Made by a program: the position numbers and the translations under genes
Shown here: piece by piece, positions 50,842 through 64,000 of the stretch
How the letters are laid out: each line of letters begins with the position of its first letter
Position numbering within the stretch: the stretch's first letter is position 1
The notes under the pieces: generated by a model
What the model saw: the letters and a program-made list of their open reading frames with translations, nothing else
Database searches by the model: none
Told to the model about the DNA's origin: nothing
Origin: Phoronis australis
Taxonomy: Eukaryota > Animalia > Phoronida
Direction of reading: 5' to 3'
DNA length: 64,000 bases
Assembly: GCA_002633005.1 (NCBI GenBank)
Contig: NMRA01000053.1
Coordinates: 956,711-1,020,710, forward strand

Positions 50842-51641
50842 TTGAATGCTAAAGAATCTTCGCTGGTGTGGTGCCCGTAAAAAGGAAGGGAATATGACGT
50901 CATCATTGTGTTACTTCCGTTAGGCATGCAGTCGAAGTACGGTGCAGTCCAAAACCCTGCAACTTTTTGTTGAGAGCCGCCGAGAAAATCCTTCCAACGG
51001 TTTTTTGGCAATTCCTTTGTAAAATTACGTCCGTGACGTAAAAACCAATTGTTTGCCACTGACGAATTCAAGGAGCACAAGTCTTTTAAATCCATCTCCT
51101 CTATTCGTCCTGAGCTAGTTCTATAAACATGGGGACAGAAATACGCACTACTCTTTCCATTATATATATTAGAATCAAACGCGATTGTTACTCCAAATAT
51201 ATTCTTATCCGATGCTAACAGTGACTTAGCCTGAGCAAAATAAAGCCGGTCCCCATATGTTGCATTGTAATACGCGTTGCTGCGGGAAAGCAACCTTGTG
51301 ATTGTTCTTGACACCAATGCCGTGTTTTCTTGTATCTTGGTGTAACGACTGTAGGCGGCGACTGGTATCACGTAATTGAATTCCGTGAGAATTGAGTAAT
51401 GGGAACAGTTTTCGCGCACGTCCTGAGAGAATTCTACGTACTCAAAATAAGCTGTGGTATATCGTTTTTTCTGAATCAAAACTTGCATACTTAGAGGAGA
51501 ATCCATGAACAGATTGACTCCAACCGGAAGTGTGTACATTTCCGGCTTAGCAGATTTAGTCTCTGCGTTCACTGCACATTCGGTCTTCACTATTTGCATA
51601 AAAAGAAGCACAATGGCGATTTCCGCCAAAACTACTTCCAT
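50842..51641 (-). CDS. GPR158-like: GPR158/179-like receptor, coding exon 1 (signal peptide + Cache-like ectodomain)
   Basis: MEVVLAEIAIVLLFMQIVKTECA signal peptide; LLASDKNIFGVTIAFD..FCPHVYR..WF..WTAPYFDC..SYSLPFYG. Donor gtaagt at 50841 (phase 2); exon acceptor at 51740. Total CDS is 2391 nt = 796 aa. Confidence 0.93.
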
Positions 51642-53645
51642 GATGGTAGATAAACAACGTTTTTAACCAAGCACATCCTTTGTTAGTTTACATTTTCGAA
51701 AAGATTCGAGTCATTCGCGCCTTTGTCCACCACGTACTATCTGAAACAAAAGTAGAAGTCACTAGAAGCAGTAGTTATATGTAAATGTTCCGCTCCAAAA
51801 ATCTCACACCAATCGGAAGAACAATGTCTTAATCAACTTCTTGACAGCAGCAACCAGGCAACCACTAAACGTTAATAGCACTCAAACCAATTCATTGTTG
51901 CTTTGAATGATTTCTTGAAGACGATTCGAGGTCTTTGTTTTATTTATTGTATCTTCCTACGCGTTCACAAATTAAGCCACGAATAACGCGTACAAACGCC
52001 GTTCAGTAACGACAACACATTTGATCAAATTACAGTCATAATATAAACCACTCCTAGGGAACGCCCCTTGCGTCAGCCTTGCGACTGCTCCATCGGTACG
52101 GTAGTCGAAACACTATCATATTCGTTGAACGCTAGTGAGCGTGAACCTGACACTTTGCACGCGAGCACTACAAGTAAGATTACCTGCAGACGTCAAAACT
52201 GATCCATGGACTCGCGTCCAGCTGCGTCGTCACAAGGTGACGCTAAGTGCATTCTAGAGGGGTGACTACTATTACGATTGTAAATCAGATCAAATGTGTT
52301 ACCGTGACCAAACGGCTTTTGTACGCGTTTGCTCAAAGAGGTGACGAATCTTAAATGGTTCAGTCGTTTTCTTAATTATGTGGAAAACTTCATACGCAAA
52401 AGCAAATATGAATATGTTAGTAGGTTCCCAATACACATGAGAGGAATATTATTCAATGAAGTCAATCTATTTCCTACTCTTTTGTGCAGGCAGGGTATTG
52501 TTTGATACCCAATTATACGTGAATGGAGTAAGATGTGAATTTGAAGAACGTAAGAGGCGTGACGGCATGAAAATGCCAAAATTTCAAGCACCTTTTCGAG
52601 CTCTTGTCGGAATCAAGGGTGGAATATTAGCGAGTCATACCTACCATGCCAAGTATTGTACGATGACACTTGACTTACCTCAAAATCCAACTACTACCTG
52701 GAGGTTTGGTATTTGACCCATTATGTTGCACACTCAGCAGAATTAATGAGGAACACATTATTGCAACATTAAAAAAACATTTTAGGTTGTAAAAGTCCCA
52801 TTTCTTGTCCAAATTCCAAAATTCAAACACCTAATCACGTGTGCTTTTTCCAAACTATTCAAATATACCATTTACAAACTTTCAAAACGAAAATTTAAAA
52901 CACTATTGTCCCAGTGTGTTTATGGTGGGTCTCATTTCCTAGAGAACGATAACATCAGCAGGCTGAAGAGATTTAATTAACTACAACAGCATGGTGTCTT
53001 TCATCTTAACCGGCAGATTCTGAGGTACACAATACGGTCGAATTGCCCAATCTCGATCGCTTAGGTTGTCAACGTAGGATTCTTTTCATGCTAATAACGA
53101 CCTTTCATCCCCTTGGGAACTCGAGGCTCGTAGGAAATTTTGCGCACAAAAGCATCCTTTTGTAGGGGGGCTAATCATGAAAGATTTACCCTTCTGAGCG
53201 ACACGCCCCGTATACCGCTTCTATACGGAGTAACCCCTGGCTTTCAACGTACACTTCGGTCAAGTTTCAATTGGGTTCACTTCGGTACTGATGTTGCCAC
53301 ATATTTGCATATTGCGTGTAGTAGCAACGGGTAGCCAAGGCTAATTTGCGTTTCGAATCGGACGTTTTCAGACATTGTATTTTTTCCTGACGGTCTGGAT
53401 AAAGCTAATTCGATGCAATGGTCGCCAATTTCCGCTATACGTTTCACACTACATATAATAAGGTCTTTTATACATATATCGATAATACACAACAACGTCT
53501 GGTGGAAACTGACGAAATACGCAGCGATCACTAAATATATGCACACGCCTTAAATGATTAATGTTTATCGGAATGTACTTTACATTGAAAGGCATTGTTT
53601 GGAAAGACAAAAAATGTGTTGGTCGTTCACACTTACAAAACCAGG

Positions 53646-53937
53646 GCCCAGTTGCATAAAAGTTATACGCCGTATAGCAACAATGACGTAGCATTATCAC
53701 GCATCACGTTGTTATTGTTGAACAATGCACCTGACGTCATACAACAATCAAACTTATCCAGCGGATAACTTTTAAAGCTTTATGCAACTCAGCCCAGTTG
53801 CATAAAAGTTATACGCCGTATAGCAACAACGACGTCGCATAATCACGCGCCACGTTGTTATTGTTGAACAATGCACCTGACGTCATGCAACAATTAAACT
53901 TATCCAGCGGATAACTTTTGAAGCTTTATGCAACTCG
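53646..53937. mobile_element. Head-to-tail dimer of a 146-bp palindromic-ended MITE
   Basis: Units start at 53646 and 53792; each has agttgcataaa...tttatgcaact ends. Confidence 0.85.
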
Positions 53938-54318
53938 TAACAGACAGCTATTACGAAAAGATCTACAACATGTACAACTTGCTTCAATTTAATACTGGTT
54001 CCAAGCTTCAGGAAATCACAGGGAGATTATCCTTTACAAAATGTGACCACTTCAGTTCAGATGCAGGCTCCCAATTCCAAACTAATGTTTATGCCTAGTA
54101 GATTTATGCGGGCCTTTTACCAAAATGAACACATCTCTTGATTTTTGGTTTGAGCAGTAGATGTACATGTAAGTTAAAAGAAGACGCAACTTTAAATTTA
54201 AACGAAATGCCATTCCTGGATTTGATGCCTACTCTTATCAAAATTTATTTTTCGCCATGTTTTGGTTATTTGCTGAACCTAGCAAATAAATAAATACCTG
54301 AACTTTCTAATTGTGTGT

Positions 54319-54343
54319 GAATGAATGAATGAATGAATGAATG
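54319..54343. repeat. (GAAT)n microsatellite
   Basis: Direct reading. Confidence 0.9.
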
Positions 54344-56147
54344 CGTGAAGGCGAACTGCTAACTGAATGATGCACACAAAAGATCAATAACTTGATCGGA
54401 AATAATATCAGCGCTGGTTGTAGAGCTCTCCCCAATGGTTCGCTAATGTCAGAATGATAAATCTCTCTCTGTGTGACAAACTGTTGTACACCTTTATATG
54501 TTACTCAAGATTGATCGCAAAGAATGTCAGATGAATACCGCTGAAAGCTGTTTGCAGTCAATTTACAGTATTTACTCATCCTTGATTTAAGAAAATAATT
54601 TAAACCGCAAGAAAAAATCTAATACGCAGCTTTTTAAGTGACTGTGTAGAAGTATAATAGCACTGCAGGTACTCCAGGATTTCATAAAACTTGTAATTAA
54701 CACAGAACTGTTACCATGACAACGAGCACTTAACATCACTCCGTTACAGCAGTTGAGTAGGGCTTATCTTCACTGCAAACACCAGCGGCCAACAATTAAC
54801 ACCAAAGGTTTTTCAGACAGCGATTTTAATGAGGTTTGGAAGAACCCAATTTGCCGTGAAGTCGTGAGATACCGATAATAAGAATCTGGATAAAAAGACA
54901 ATTTAATACAGCTGAATGCTGAGGATTTGGCTTACAACTGACGCAAGGCAAACGCTTGATGGATGGTTAATGAAGACAACACAATGAGGTTATTTGTAGA
55001 GTCCCAGCAATTTAAAGGGACTTCTCAACAAAATCGAACACCATTGACTACTCTGGCTCATGATTGGTCATAGAAATGACGCAGAGTAACCTAGCAACGA
55101 AGGCTGGCCCTCCCAAGAAAGTCACGGATTTATACCCTCATTACAGTAATTGTTATACGCCATTAATTTCATGTTGATGTCCGCTGAGTAAAAGCAATAC
55201 GTTTACAATCTCACTGTCCGCGTATTCTGCGCTGGTTTCAGTTCGCGGTAGTAAGAGCGCGGCACTGATGCAGCACCGATCAGACGAGCAACCCACGTGA
55301 CTTTCCGCTGAAATAAGGAAGTCAACACAGTCTACATTTTTTGGCTTACACGAAGTCGAATGCGCCTGGAGTCTGGAAAAAGGCTACATTACATCATAGA
55401 TTAGAAACAGATTCGCAACTTCGACATTTTCTTGCGTGCTATCCTATATGAGGCGCCACTCTCCTAAATTACTAATTTTAGTTTCCGGTTAGTGTATTGT
55501 GACGGGAAATTCTCGCATCTATTTTATTGTTCAGTACAACGGAAAAAAAATTTTCGGCATTAAACCGCTGTTCAAAGTCTTCCAATAATAAAACTGTTGG
55601 TATCGTGAGTACTTTTGGCACCCGACCACACAACAGCCAACCATGACTAGCAGACGACGTACGTGCCGGAAGTAAAAATTGCTAATTTTGCTAGATGTCG
55701 CTAGTGAATAATGACGTCACGGTTTATGCGCAAGATCACAGATTTCGTCCATTGCGGTCCAAAAACTATAGTCTATGATTACATCAGCAATTTCCGATAT
55801 GGACACTATTGCGCATGCCCAGTTTGTCCGAGGAAAACAACAATTACGAGTTTTTTAAACGTTAAAACGTTTCAACTGTTTCAATTTTACAGACAACACA
55901 CAATTTGTTTCAATCGGACTTCAGCAGGCGAACGTACATTGAGCACCTTCAGAAATCAACGTTTTGCTAATGCCTGCGGTGGTAAAAACATCGATCAGTT
56001 TCACGACCAGTGTTAAAAACACGCAGCCGGGGTAACTGGTTATCGAAACATTTGTTCCTTGGTACACTCCACCAGAGCTCGCTTCAACAGTGTACACACG
56101 GTATTTCACAAATGTTTCATAACCAATCGTGCTTTCCTTTCTTTTGT

Positions 56148-56275
56148 TTCATGGATGAAAAAACGTTGCTCGGTGTGACGGTTTTTGAATATTCCCGGTT
56201 CATAGACGAAAAAGACACTGCTAGGTTAGATGACTTCGAATATTCCCGCTTTATAGATGAAAAAGATGTTGCTGA
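56148..56275 (+). repeat. 51-bp tandem repeat x~2.5
   Basis: ttYgaatattcccgSttYatagaYgaaaaagaY units. Confidence 0.8.
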
Positions 56276-57409
56276 TTTAAAACATCATTTTTAGAGCATT
56301 CTCGGTTTTTACCTGAAACTAACCAATGGAAAATACATAAATGTTGCGATAATATTTGGAATGAGCCAATGGGAGGCTGCGTTGGATTTGACAATTATAA
56401 AGTCTTTGGCTGAACCCTCTCTCCTTCGCGTCGTACGGTGTCACGAACGAACTGCAATTTTCTAACCCAAGTTTCGTCTCTGATTGGTCAAAGTATTGTC
56501 TGACGGTATAACTCAATTAGCGATAATCAACACATACCTGTTACGACGCTGAGGATATTTCAAGTGATCATCGTTTATCAAGAGTGTTATCGCTCTTAAA
56601 ATAACAGTAGGCAATTTTCTCCGTTGTCACGTGACTCAATTTCATGATTCCTCGTTCAGAGCAGTAACTACAAGTTTTAGCGTTAGCCAGGAGGGAGGGC
56701 GCTGCCACTTGTTTCTAGAACGTTTTCTGCCTGGAAGTCGGAAGTGCAAACTTACAAAATTATCTTCTCAAGTTGCGCGTATTCTATACACGCAGAGGAT
56801 CGGCGAGTGGTTGAAACAAGGCGTCACGAACACTGCAATAAAGTGATAGTAGTCTCGAACCCAGCCTCTAATTAGCATTGCATTCTAGTGCACATATCTG
56901 ATATCTGGTACTTTATTGGCCAATCAAGGGTGAGATGAACCGACGTATTAAAATCAGCTGAACATAAAAAGCATAATTTTATCATGATCCACGTGACAAA
57001 CGCGGGTTGTGATCACCATGTTCACTGCTCACCAGATATCATTTGAGCAGAACGCGTTGTTTTGGTTTGGAGTACAATTGTGCTTTATTCACCATATCTA
57101 AATATGATTAAAAAAGAGGAGTGTGTACTTGATATCATTTGGCTGCATCTGAATAAATGTTTGCCTCAGCAAAATTGGAAATATGAAAGAAATAAGAAAC
57201 ATATGTACTCATGCAAATCAAGCGTGAGTTGCTTATACGGGAGACCCTTGCGAAAACGTTGTTGGTTATACCGGAGCTACGGCTAGCGTTCCTAACAACT
57301 CGAATTCATATCCAAAGTAATATACACCTCACTAACGAGAAATTGGATTTCTGTTTATGTTTGACATTAAACAAAGTTTCAATTTAACTTTAAATCGACC
57401 CAGTTGTCA

Positions 57410-57620
57410 GTTATCTTTCCCCTCTTATCGCCATCAGCGTGAACGTCGCCATCATCATCACGGCTGTAACAATAAACATCACCAAAGCCATCGCCGTCAA
57501 CATATTTTGAATTCTTCGTCTTCTTTTTACCCCGTTTCCGTCTTTTTTCATCATCAAAGTTGTCGTTACCTTAATAACCGACTTCATTGTCACATTCATT
57601 AACATCCTTTTCACCATCTT
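57410..57620. repeat. Degenerate (CAT)n low-complexity tract
   Basis: cgccatcatcatcac... composition. Confidence 0.6.
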
Positions 57621-60600
57621 TGCACGGGTGGCCGAAGTCGTACAGATATTAAACGGTAGTCTGATCTACACTGCCATTGTGACGTAAAAGACTCAGGATG
57701 GATTGCTATCGATCGTTTTAAAGAAAAATTAGATTTGTTATTCGATACAGTAGCGGTAAAGGACTCTTGCAAAATAAATCACTAGAATGTCAAGTTCAAA
57801 ATTAGTTTTATGTAAACAATCTGATATGGACTATTCTACACCGAGTCGCCAACTGAGTTGCTCAACCGCTTCGATTCGACAAGATGGACAACAGAACGTG
57901 AATGCTAACTAAAGTCTGTCGTTCTCGAGGAGTTATTATAGCCCAAAGTTTTGTGTCAATTACACGGAAAGTAGTTCGTGTCTTTCCACGTTTTGGCATA
58001 TTGTGTTGATAAATTTTGACAAATCACGCTCTAGGATTCCCGAAATTCCAATGCCTTATAACGGGGAGGAATGAGGTTCAAAGGTGAAAATGGAAACACG
58101 TTCTTTGCCTCTTCGTTAATCGAGAAAGTTTGGCTTAACATGACAAGAAAACACTTTCACAAAAATTGCGATTTGGCAGGGTTTGTCAAAGGTGCACCAT
58201 CGATTTTACGCCCGAAAAACTCATTTTGGGATGGCAGAGATTTTTTGAACAATAAAACAACAAAATATGCTGTGTTTTAGTGGTTTTATTACAAATTGCC
58301 AATTCTTGCCGTTGTCTGCCAGGCTATCTCGTCGGTGTTTTTCCGATTAAGTCGCTTAAATTACTTAATTGTTATACGCGTGGGATTTGGTTCCGCGGAA
58401 TAGCTTTCCTCAGCTACTATACTTCGGGGCTAGCGGTTCGATTCCACGCTACTGCTGATTTCTCTGTGATTATTTTTCCTGTGGAGAGTGCCCCTTTAAC
58501 AGATGTATGTTTGTGGCCATCCTGTCTGGTAGACACTCAAGTACTCTGAGTATAAATGTTACGGGGGAATGGAAATACAGTGGTTGTAGCGTATCTAAAT
58601 TATCATCAGTACACGTGTTACGTAACGTATCTTGTGTCATCAGTATGTGCGTGAAACTCAAAAACACTGAAACAAATAAGTAAACAATTTAAATTGCTAC
58701 CGATGTCATTGGTTCTGAAAGTTTGGCAAAAACAATAATTAGGAATTTAAATAAAGCAATGATTGCACATGACCATATGTTGTACGGTACGGAATTCCAC
58801 AAGTACACTAGAGTTTAATCAACTACTTTCAAGCATCGAGAAAAGAAAACGATTCAGTTTCATTATGTAACTGGCCGATCTAGGATATCGTAATCTAACA
58901 ACACAAAATGAGATGTCGTCGCCCTTTATAGGTCGTGTCCGAAAGAGGGCGGGACCCATGCCCCGCTAAATTCGCCATTGCATGACAACATATGTGTACA
59001 GAAAAACACTCGAGCCCCGAGCCCATGAAATAACAAACTCGCTTTGTGGAATACGATTGTCACATTTTGACAAAATAAACTAATGCAACAATATTCACCA
59101 CAAAAACAGCGCAAGCCTTTGAAGTCTTAAACAAGCGAATAATTAATCCTATTTTGAAATGAATTTGGTACAATGCGCGATTAAATCCCCGGCCTGTCAT
59201 ACACGTCATAAAGATTAACGTTGAACCGATAATTGCGCCTGAACCCATTTCTGGCTTATTTCAAAAGGATTTAAAGAGATTTGGACTAAAGTCAAATTGA
59301 GATATCTTTTCTAAAAGAAACCCCTAAAATGAAATATTTTAGTATATCACAATGTCAGAAATAGATTTTTGTGTAAGATGATACAGAAAACAATTTCCTG
59401 GGGAAATAACGAAAGGAGTGCAAAAATGCTGAAGATGAGAAATCATTCGGCCTACTTACGTCATATCACATACAAATTTCAGGATCAAAATGTAGGAATA
59501 CGTATGCATACTAGTCAAGAAGGCACTATTTTCATATTTGGATATTTTGATATTAAACTCCATTGATATGAATTTATATTGACATAGCTCATGACATGTA
59601 GAACTCTTTACTTGTTTTATGGGTAGATTTAAGGAGAATCGCATGGGCTGCGGACCCCTTGCGACCATGACCAAAAATAAACCACTATCTACACGTACAT
59701 TTTTCCTCGGAAATTAGCGGTGCGGGTAGTGCATTCAAAATCGAAAGGCACAAAATTTGCTACTGATGCATTGTATTATTTGAAGGAAGCTTCACTTCCG
59801 GTTGGCCAGCTCACAAAACTGCTAAAAACCTACGCGTTTGGGGAATGTACAATTGTCCTCCCGAAATTCGCGCTCGTTGTTAATATTGAGTTCTACATAA
59901 ATTTCATTTCTTGGCAGTTTGATGACCGAGTCCAAACCTCAACATTTTACATATCACCTGTTCCCTCAATGCACAGACACTGTACTGTCATTTAAAATTG
60001 ATAAACGCGTTGAAACCAACCTCATCAGTCTTCGAACGCAATGCCCTGTGTACACTTCGATTTTTCAAATAGCACGATCTGATTTATGGCTTTAAAGGAT
60101 TTTAATACAACGAGGCGAATTTCATTGAGACCATTTGAAACGTCAGAAAAGTTATCTAATGCCTCGGGCCACAACACTACAGCTGTAGCTGTTATTGTCA
60201 TGTCTTGTAATGGCGGCATGCCTTCAAATTCCCTTCCGAAGTTCGCCCTTGGAACACGAGAAAGTGAAAATATGTGTCTAGTCCAGCCCAGGCACAGACT
60301 TATCCCTGAACGTCTTGCATTGGTGCAACTTGTTCTGTTTCATACACATATAGCGCAAGGCGGAAGTTGTCATTCTGCGCATGACATTAAACAGCTGATG
60401 CTAATTCGGCGCTGAAATGAAGAACCGGATGTACATGTATAAAAATGCGCGCAGTCGATAAGTACTTCCTCCTTCAGCCAGGTTTGCGGTAATACAGCGA
60501 TTAGAAGTGGTGCAAGTTAACCTAGAACAAGTTACCGAAGTCCTCAACACGATGAATATGTCACAATTAGTGGGGCAAGTTACACTAGCGTCCAGACAGC

Positions 60601-60731
60601 CACCAAACCTAGCAATTACTCGTTCCATGAGTATTTTTTCTAGGATAAGTCTGTGTGTGGACGGCACTTAAGTACACTCCTTGTATGTACGTACCAACAG
60701 GTCATGCTGAGTTCCGAGTTGTGTGTTTAAG

Positions 60732-60856
60732 GAAGAAGGAACAGAAGAAGAAGATAAAGAATGACAATAAGAAGAAGAAGAACGATGAGAAGAACAACAA
60801 TAACAAAAAAAAACGAGAATAAAAACGAGAAGAGGAGAAGTGAGACGAAGAAGACT
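60732..60856. repeat. Purine-rich (GAA)n-like tract
   Basis: Direct reading. Confidence 0.8.
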
Positions 60857-61591
60857 TGGCAAAAAAGTTGCATTAGTTGGATAAACTTGCAAACTGGTTA
60901 ATGCACGAATGGAACGTATCACACTTATTATGTTACCACTGCCAGATTTTAGGTTGCTTCTAAAATAGCAACGGCTTTCGCCCAAGTTGTTGATAATATC
61001 TCTCCCGTATTAACGTCACCCCTCGAACTGCCTCGTTCAAGTAACACACACGTGTTGGTTATTTCCAAGAGAATACTAAAAAACTTAATGTGCTAGAACT
61101 AATCGTTTTGAAAGTATAAGTAACAGAATCAATATAGAACCTAAACCACTACGGAGACACACGATGTCTGGCATCAGTGTGCAAGTCTACACGTTAAGGC
61201 AGGCTGCGTTATAAAGGAGATTGGAATTTCTTGCAGTAAAACCTAGAGCGCATGTTCCGAAATTGCAATTTCTGTTACATCCAGCACCCAAAGTACGCCC
61301 GGGACTGAGCCACATGCGAAAAGTGGGAGAATAATAAACAATGTACGATAATAAATGACATGGTAATTTTTGAGTAGGTGATAATCTGAATCTAGAATAG
61401 TAGCCAGAAAGACATTCAACTGATGTTCTCTAGCCATTTCTACACACTTAAAGAGCTCCCACCGTGACCCTGTGTCTCAGAAAGAATTTTATTAATACAT
61501 CTTAACAGATTTAATAGCCTTTAGTACACCTGTTGCCAAGAAATAAGCTAAAACTTTTTAGAATTTTTTTTTTCTGTTATCGAGGTTGTAC

Positions 61592-62403
61592 GTAATGGGT
61601 GGAAGACGGTCTCTGCCATTTTTGCTTTTACCAGTGCAATACTAGGAAAGTCCGCGGAGAGCCGCCTTTTTTAGACACGAAAAGGAGCGATTGTGGAGCC
61701 TGTAGTAACAGCAACTTGACTGAAAACGTCTCTGTTCAAATTTCCTAAATACGTGAAGGTTGCACAGAAATGGCATCGGTTTGTTGTGCGCCGCACGGGA
61801 ACGTGGAATGTCAGCGTGGAACATTTGATTTCGGCAATCGGGAGCCACACTTTGTTCATCACATTTCAAGGAATAGTCTTTCGACTAAACACAAACGTGG
61901 CGTTACGATAAAGGACTCGGCACCTTGTTAGTGAATTTGCATAACGAGCAAAGTGCTTCCATTCAAGGGCGAGTGATGCCAGGTCCTCGACCCCGGCCCA
62001 GATCGAGTGGTACGGCACGTAGGCTTATGCATTGTGTTTAGACCATGCTCATCGTGGCAATAGTGAATACGAGGGATCCAAGTTCATTGTAGCCTTTGTC
62101 AGTGGTTTATAAAGTGTCTATTTCGTGAATACTTACCACCCCTTCTTTCAGTTGGTTGTGGCTAACATATGTCTGCAGTATTTCTCGTGCAAGTGGGTCG
62201 AGTTCATAAGGCCTCAAAGTCGACGAAAGTTCGCTAAGTGGGAAATCGAATTCATTGTCTGATTCTTCAAGTACTTGAGTGTGATGCCCGTATCCACTCT
62301 ACTCTCTGTCTGCATAATAATTTTCCAGTTCTCGCTCAAAATCATCCCCGTCGTCTGATCTACTGTTTTCCGCCATTGTGACCAAACGTCTTCCACCCAT
62401 TAC
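61592..62403. mobile_element. ~810-bp segment bounded by a perfect 17-bp inverted repeat; contains a decayed exon-like ORF
   Basis: gtaatgggtggaagacg (61592-61608) / cgtcttccacccattac (62387-62403). Confidence 0.45.
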
Positions 62404-64000
62404 ATCATTTGGCGGGAAATTTGGAATACTAATTTTTCTTCAAAATTAAAAAATTCGTGTCTATTTAACATTAAAATTGAAGTGCTTATATAGTTAGATT
62501 TTGTGGTATTCACTTCACATTAACTAACTGAAACCGCCATAACTAAGAAAATGCATGGTGGTAACTCGTAATATACGTTTTGTCGCTCACAAAACCTTAT
62601 TTTTACTTTTTACCGCCATGTTTGTAAATCGTGTAAACATGTACCATCAGACAATAATACTGACGCTGAAAGAAGTTCCCCATACCTATATTCTTAAAAA
62701 ATTCTGCTTACAGGACTTACATATGAGTAGCGAATGGGCTTGGAATTTTTCGGTTTATTGTCATGTTAGATTTTAAAGGGTCAGTTTGTCCCGGTAGTGA
62801 AATTCTTTATTGGTGACCTTTGGGAAATCACAAAAAGTTATCAGACTTTTTGACAACTCACACGAAATAGGAATTGCTTCAATAAAGACGTAATTCCAGA
62901 AGGATATTGTAACGGAACGTTCTGTGGGATTTTCACAACCATATTATGCGCAAAAGGGGATTCTAAAAAGTCATAATATTGAAGCAAAATTCTACGAGGA
63001 AATGACTTTTCTCGCAGACAGAAATTTTGAAAAATGTAACTCAGAGCTATAGTTGAGATTCTTTAATTTGCAAGATCGAGTTCTTTGACTTTTTTAAAGA
63101 CAAATTGATGAAATGACATTTAGTTGTGGCTTTCCAACACAACTGGTACTAGACAAAGAGATTGTGAGAAAGAAATCATTTTGCAAAAGAAAAAAAAAAC
63201 ATTTGCAGTTGGTACGATTTGGGATGTTAAACGGACAGATAGACGAATAGGCCAACAGGGAGAAAGGAAGAAGACAGTATATGACACGGGATAAGACAAA
63301 TGCGAGTACATGTACGTGGAATGTTTCATAAGAGGAAATATTGCTTCAATGAATTCTGTACTTTCAATTGAAGCCAGTGCGGACATTGGTTTTTGAAGTC
63401 GTATCAACAACTTCACGAACCACTGCAAAAACTATTTTGCAATCACTCTTATAACAGTTATTTTACATGAGAAATGCTGGCAAGCGATTGCACGAGCCTA
63501 ATTCGGGATTGTAATGGAAAACGTCTGAAACGCCATTCAATGATGTTTCCTACCAGACTTCATCTAACATACAACGTAGATCTATACGAAATATTACGTA
63601 CTTTATTCGTACGTGTTATAAAACTGTAGCCGAAACAAAAATAGTTGTCAATTATTTATCAAACAATTCCATGCTATTTATTTATTAACTCCCTTATGCT
63701 GGAGACTGCGCTCGGTTTTGAGTTAACTATAATACCTAGACACTCATTGACATAGAAAATCTTCGCAAGCGGAGGTCGACGATTTCTGAAGCAGAGAGCT
63801 CGCGCTGCAGGTTAAAATTACATTATGGCAAATGTAGAGAGGCGTTTACACCTGCGAACTCGGAGTAATTTGCAATTGATCATGAGTAGTCACAGTACAT
63901 TAGATGGAGGAAAAGTTACTCTACATCCCCACAGACGTGAAGCCTAACTTTCATGCAGTCAGCGAAGTAACGAATCCATTACGAAATTATTAAGGGTATA

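Overview
Eukaryotic (animal, most likely marine invertebrate) genomic DNA. It is AT-rich, intron-rich, dense in short DNA-transposon derivatives and has a few N gaps. Two convergent spliced protein-coding genes were reconstructed by hand with consistent GT-AG phases. (1) A + strand hnRNP A/B-family gene has 5 coding exons (9311-17348, 280 aa: two divergent RRMs, RGG box, G/Y/S-rich tail ending RPY). (2) A - strand GPR158/GPR179-like class C GPCR has 10 coding exons (51641-27617, 796 aa: signal peptide, Cache-like ectodomain, EGF-like/Cys stalk, 7TM, conserved DPEDIR-ELKxxY helix, short tail). The rest is mostly MITEs (5-6 bp TSD hAT5/hAT6- or Transib-like, PIF/Harbinger-like, Tc1/mariner-like), two copies of a Helentron-type element, decayed hammerhead ribozyme motifs, tRNA-derived heads and microsatellites. 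The most notable observations are the arrays of CTCF-like motifs at ~140 bp spacing in the Helentron-type copies on either side of the hnRNP coding region, an unexplained GC-rich 188-codon ORF island at 24.1-24.7 kb, and a 51-bp repeat whose core differs only at synonymous sites. No database searches were run; family assignments come from recalled motifs.
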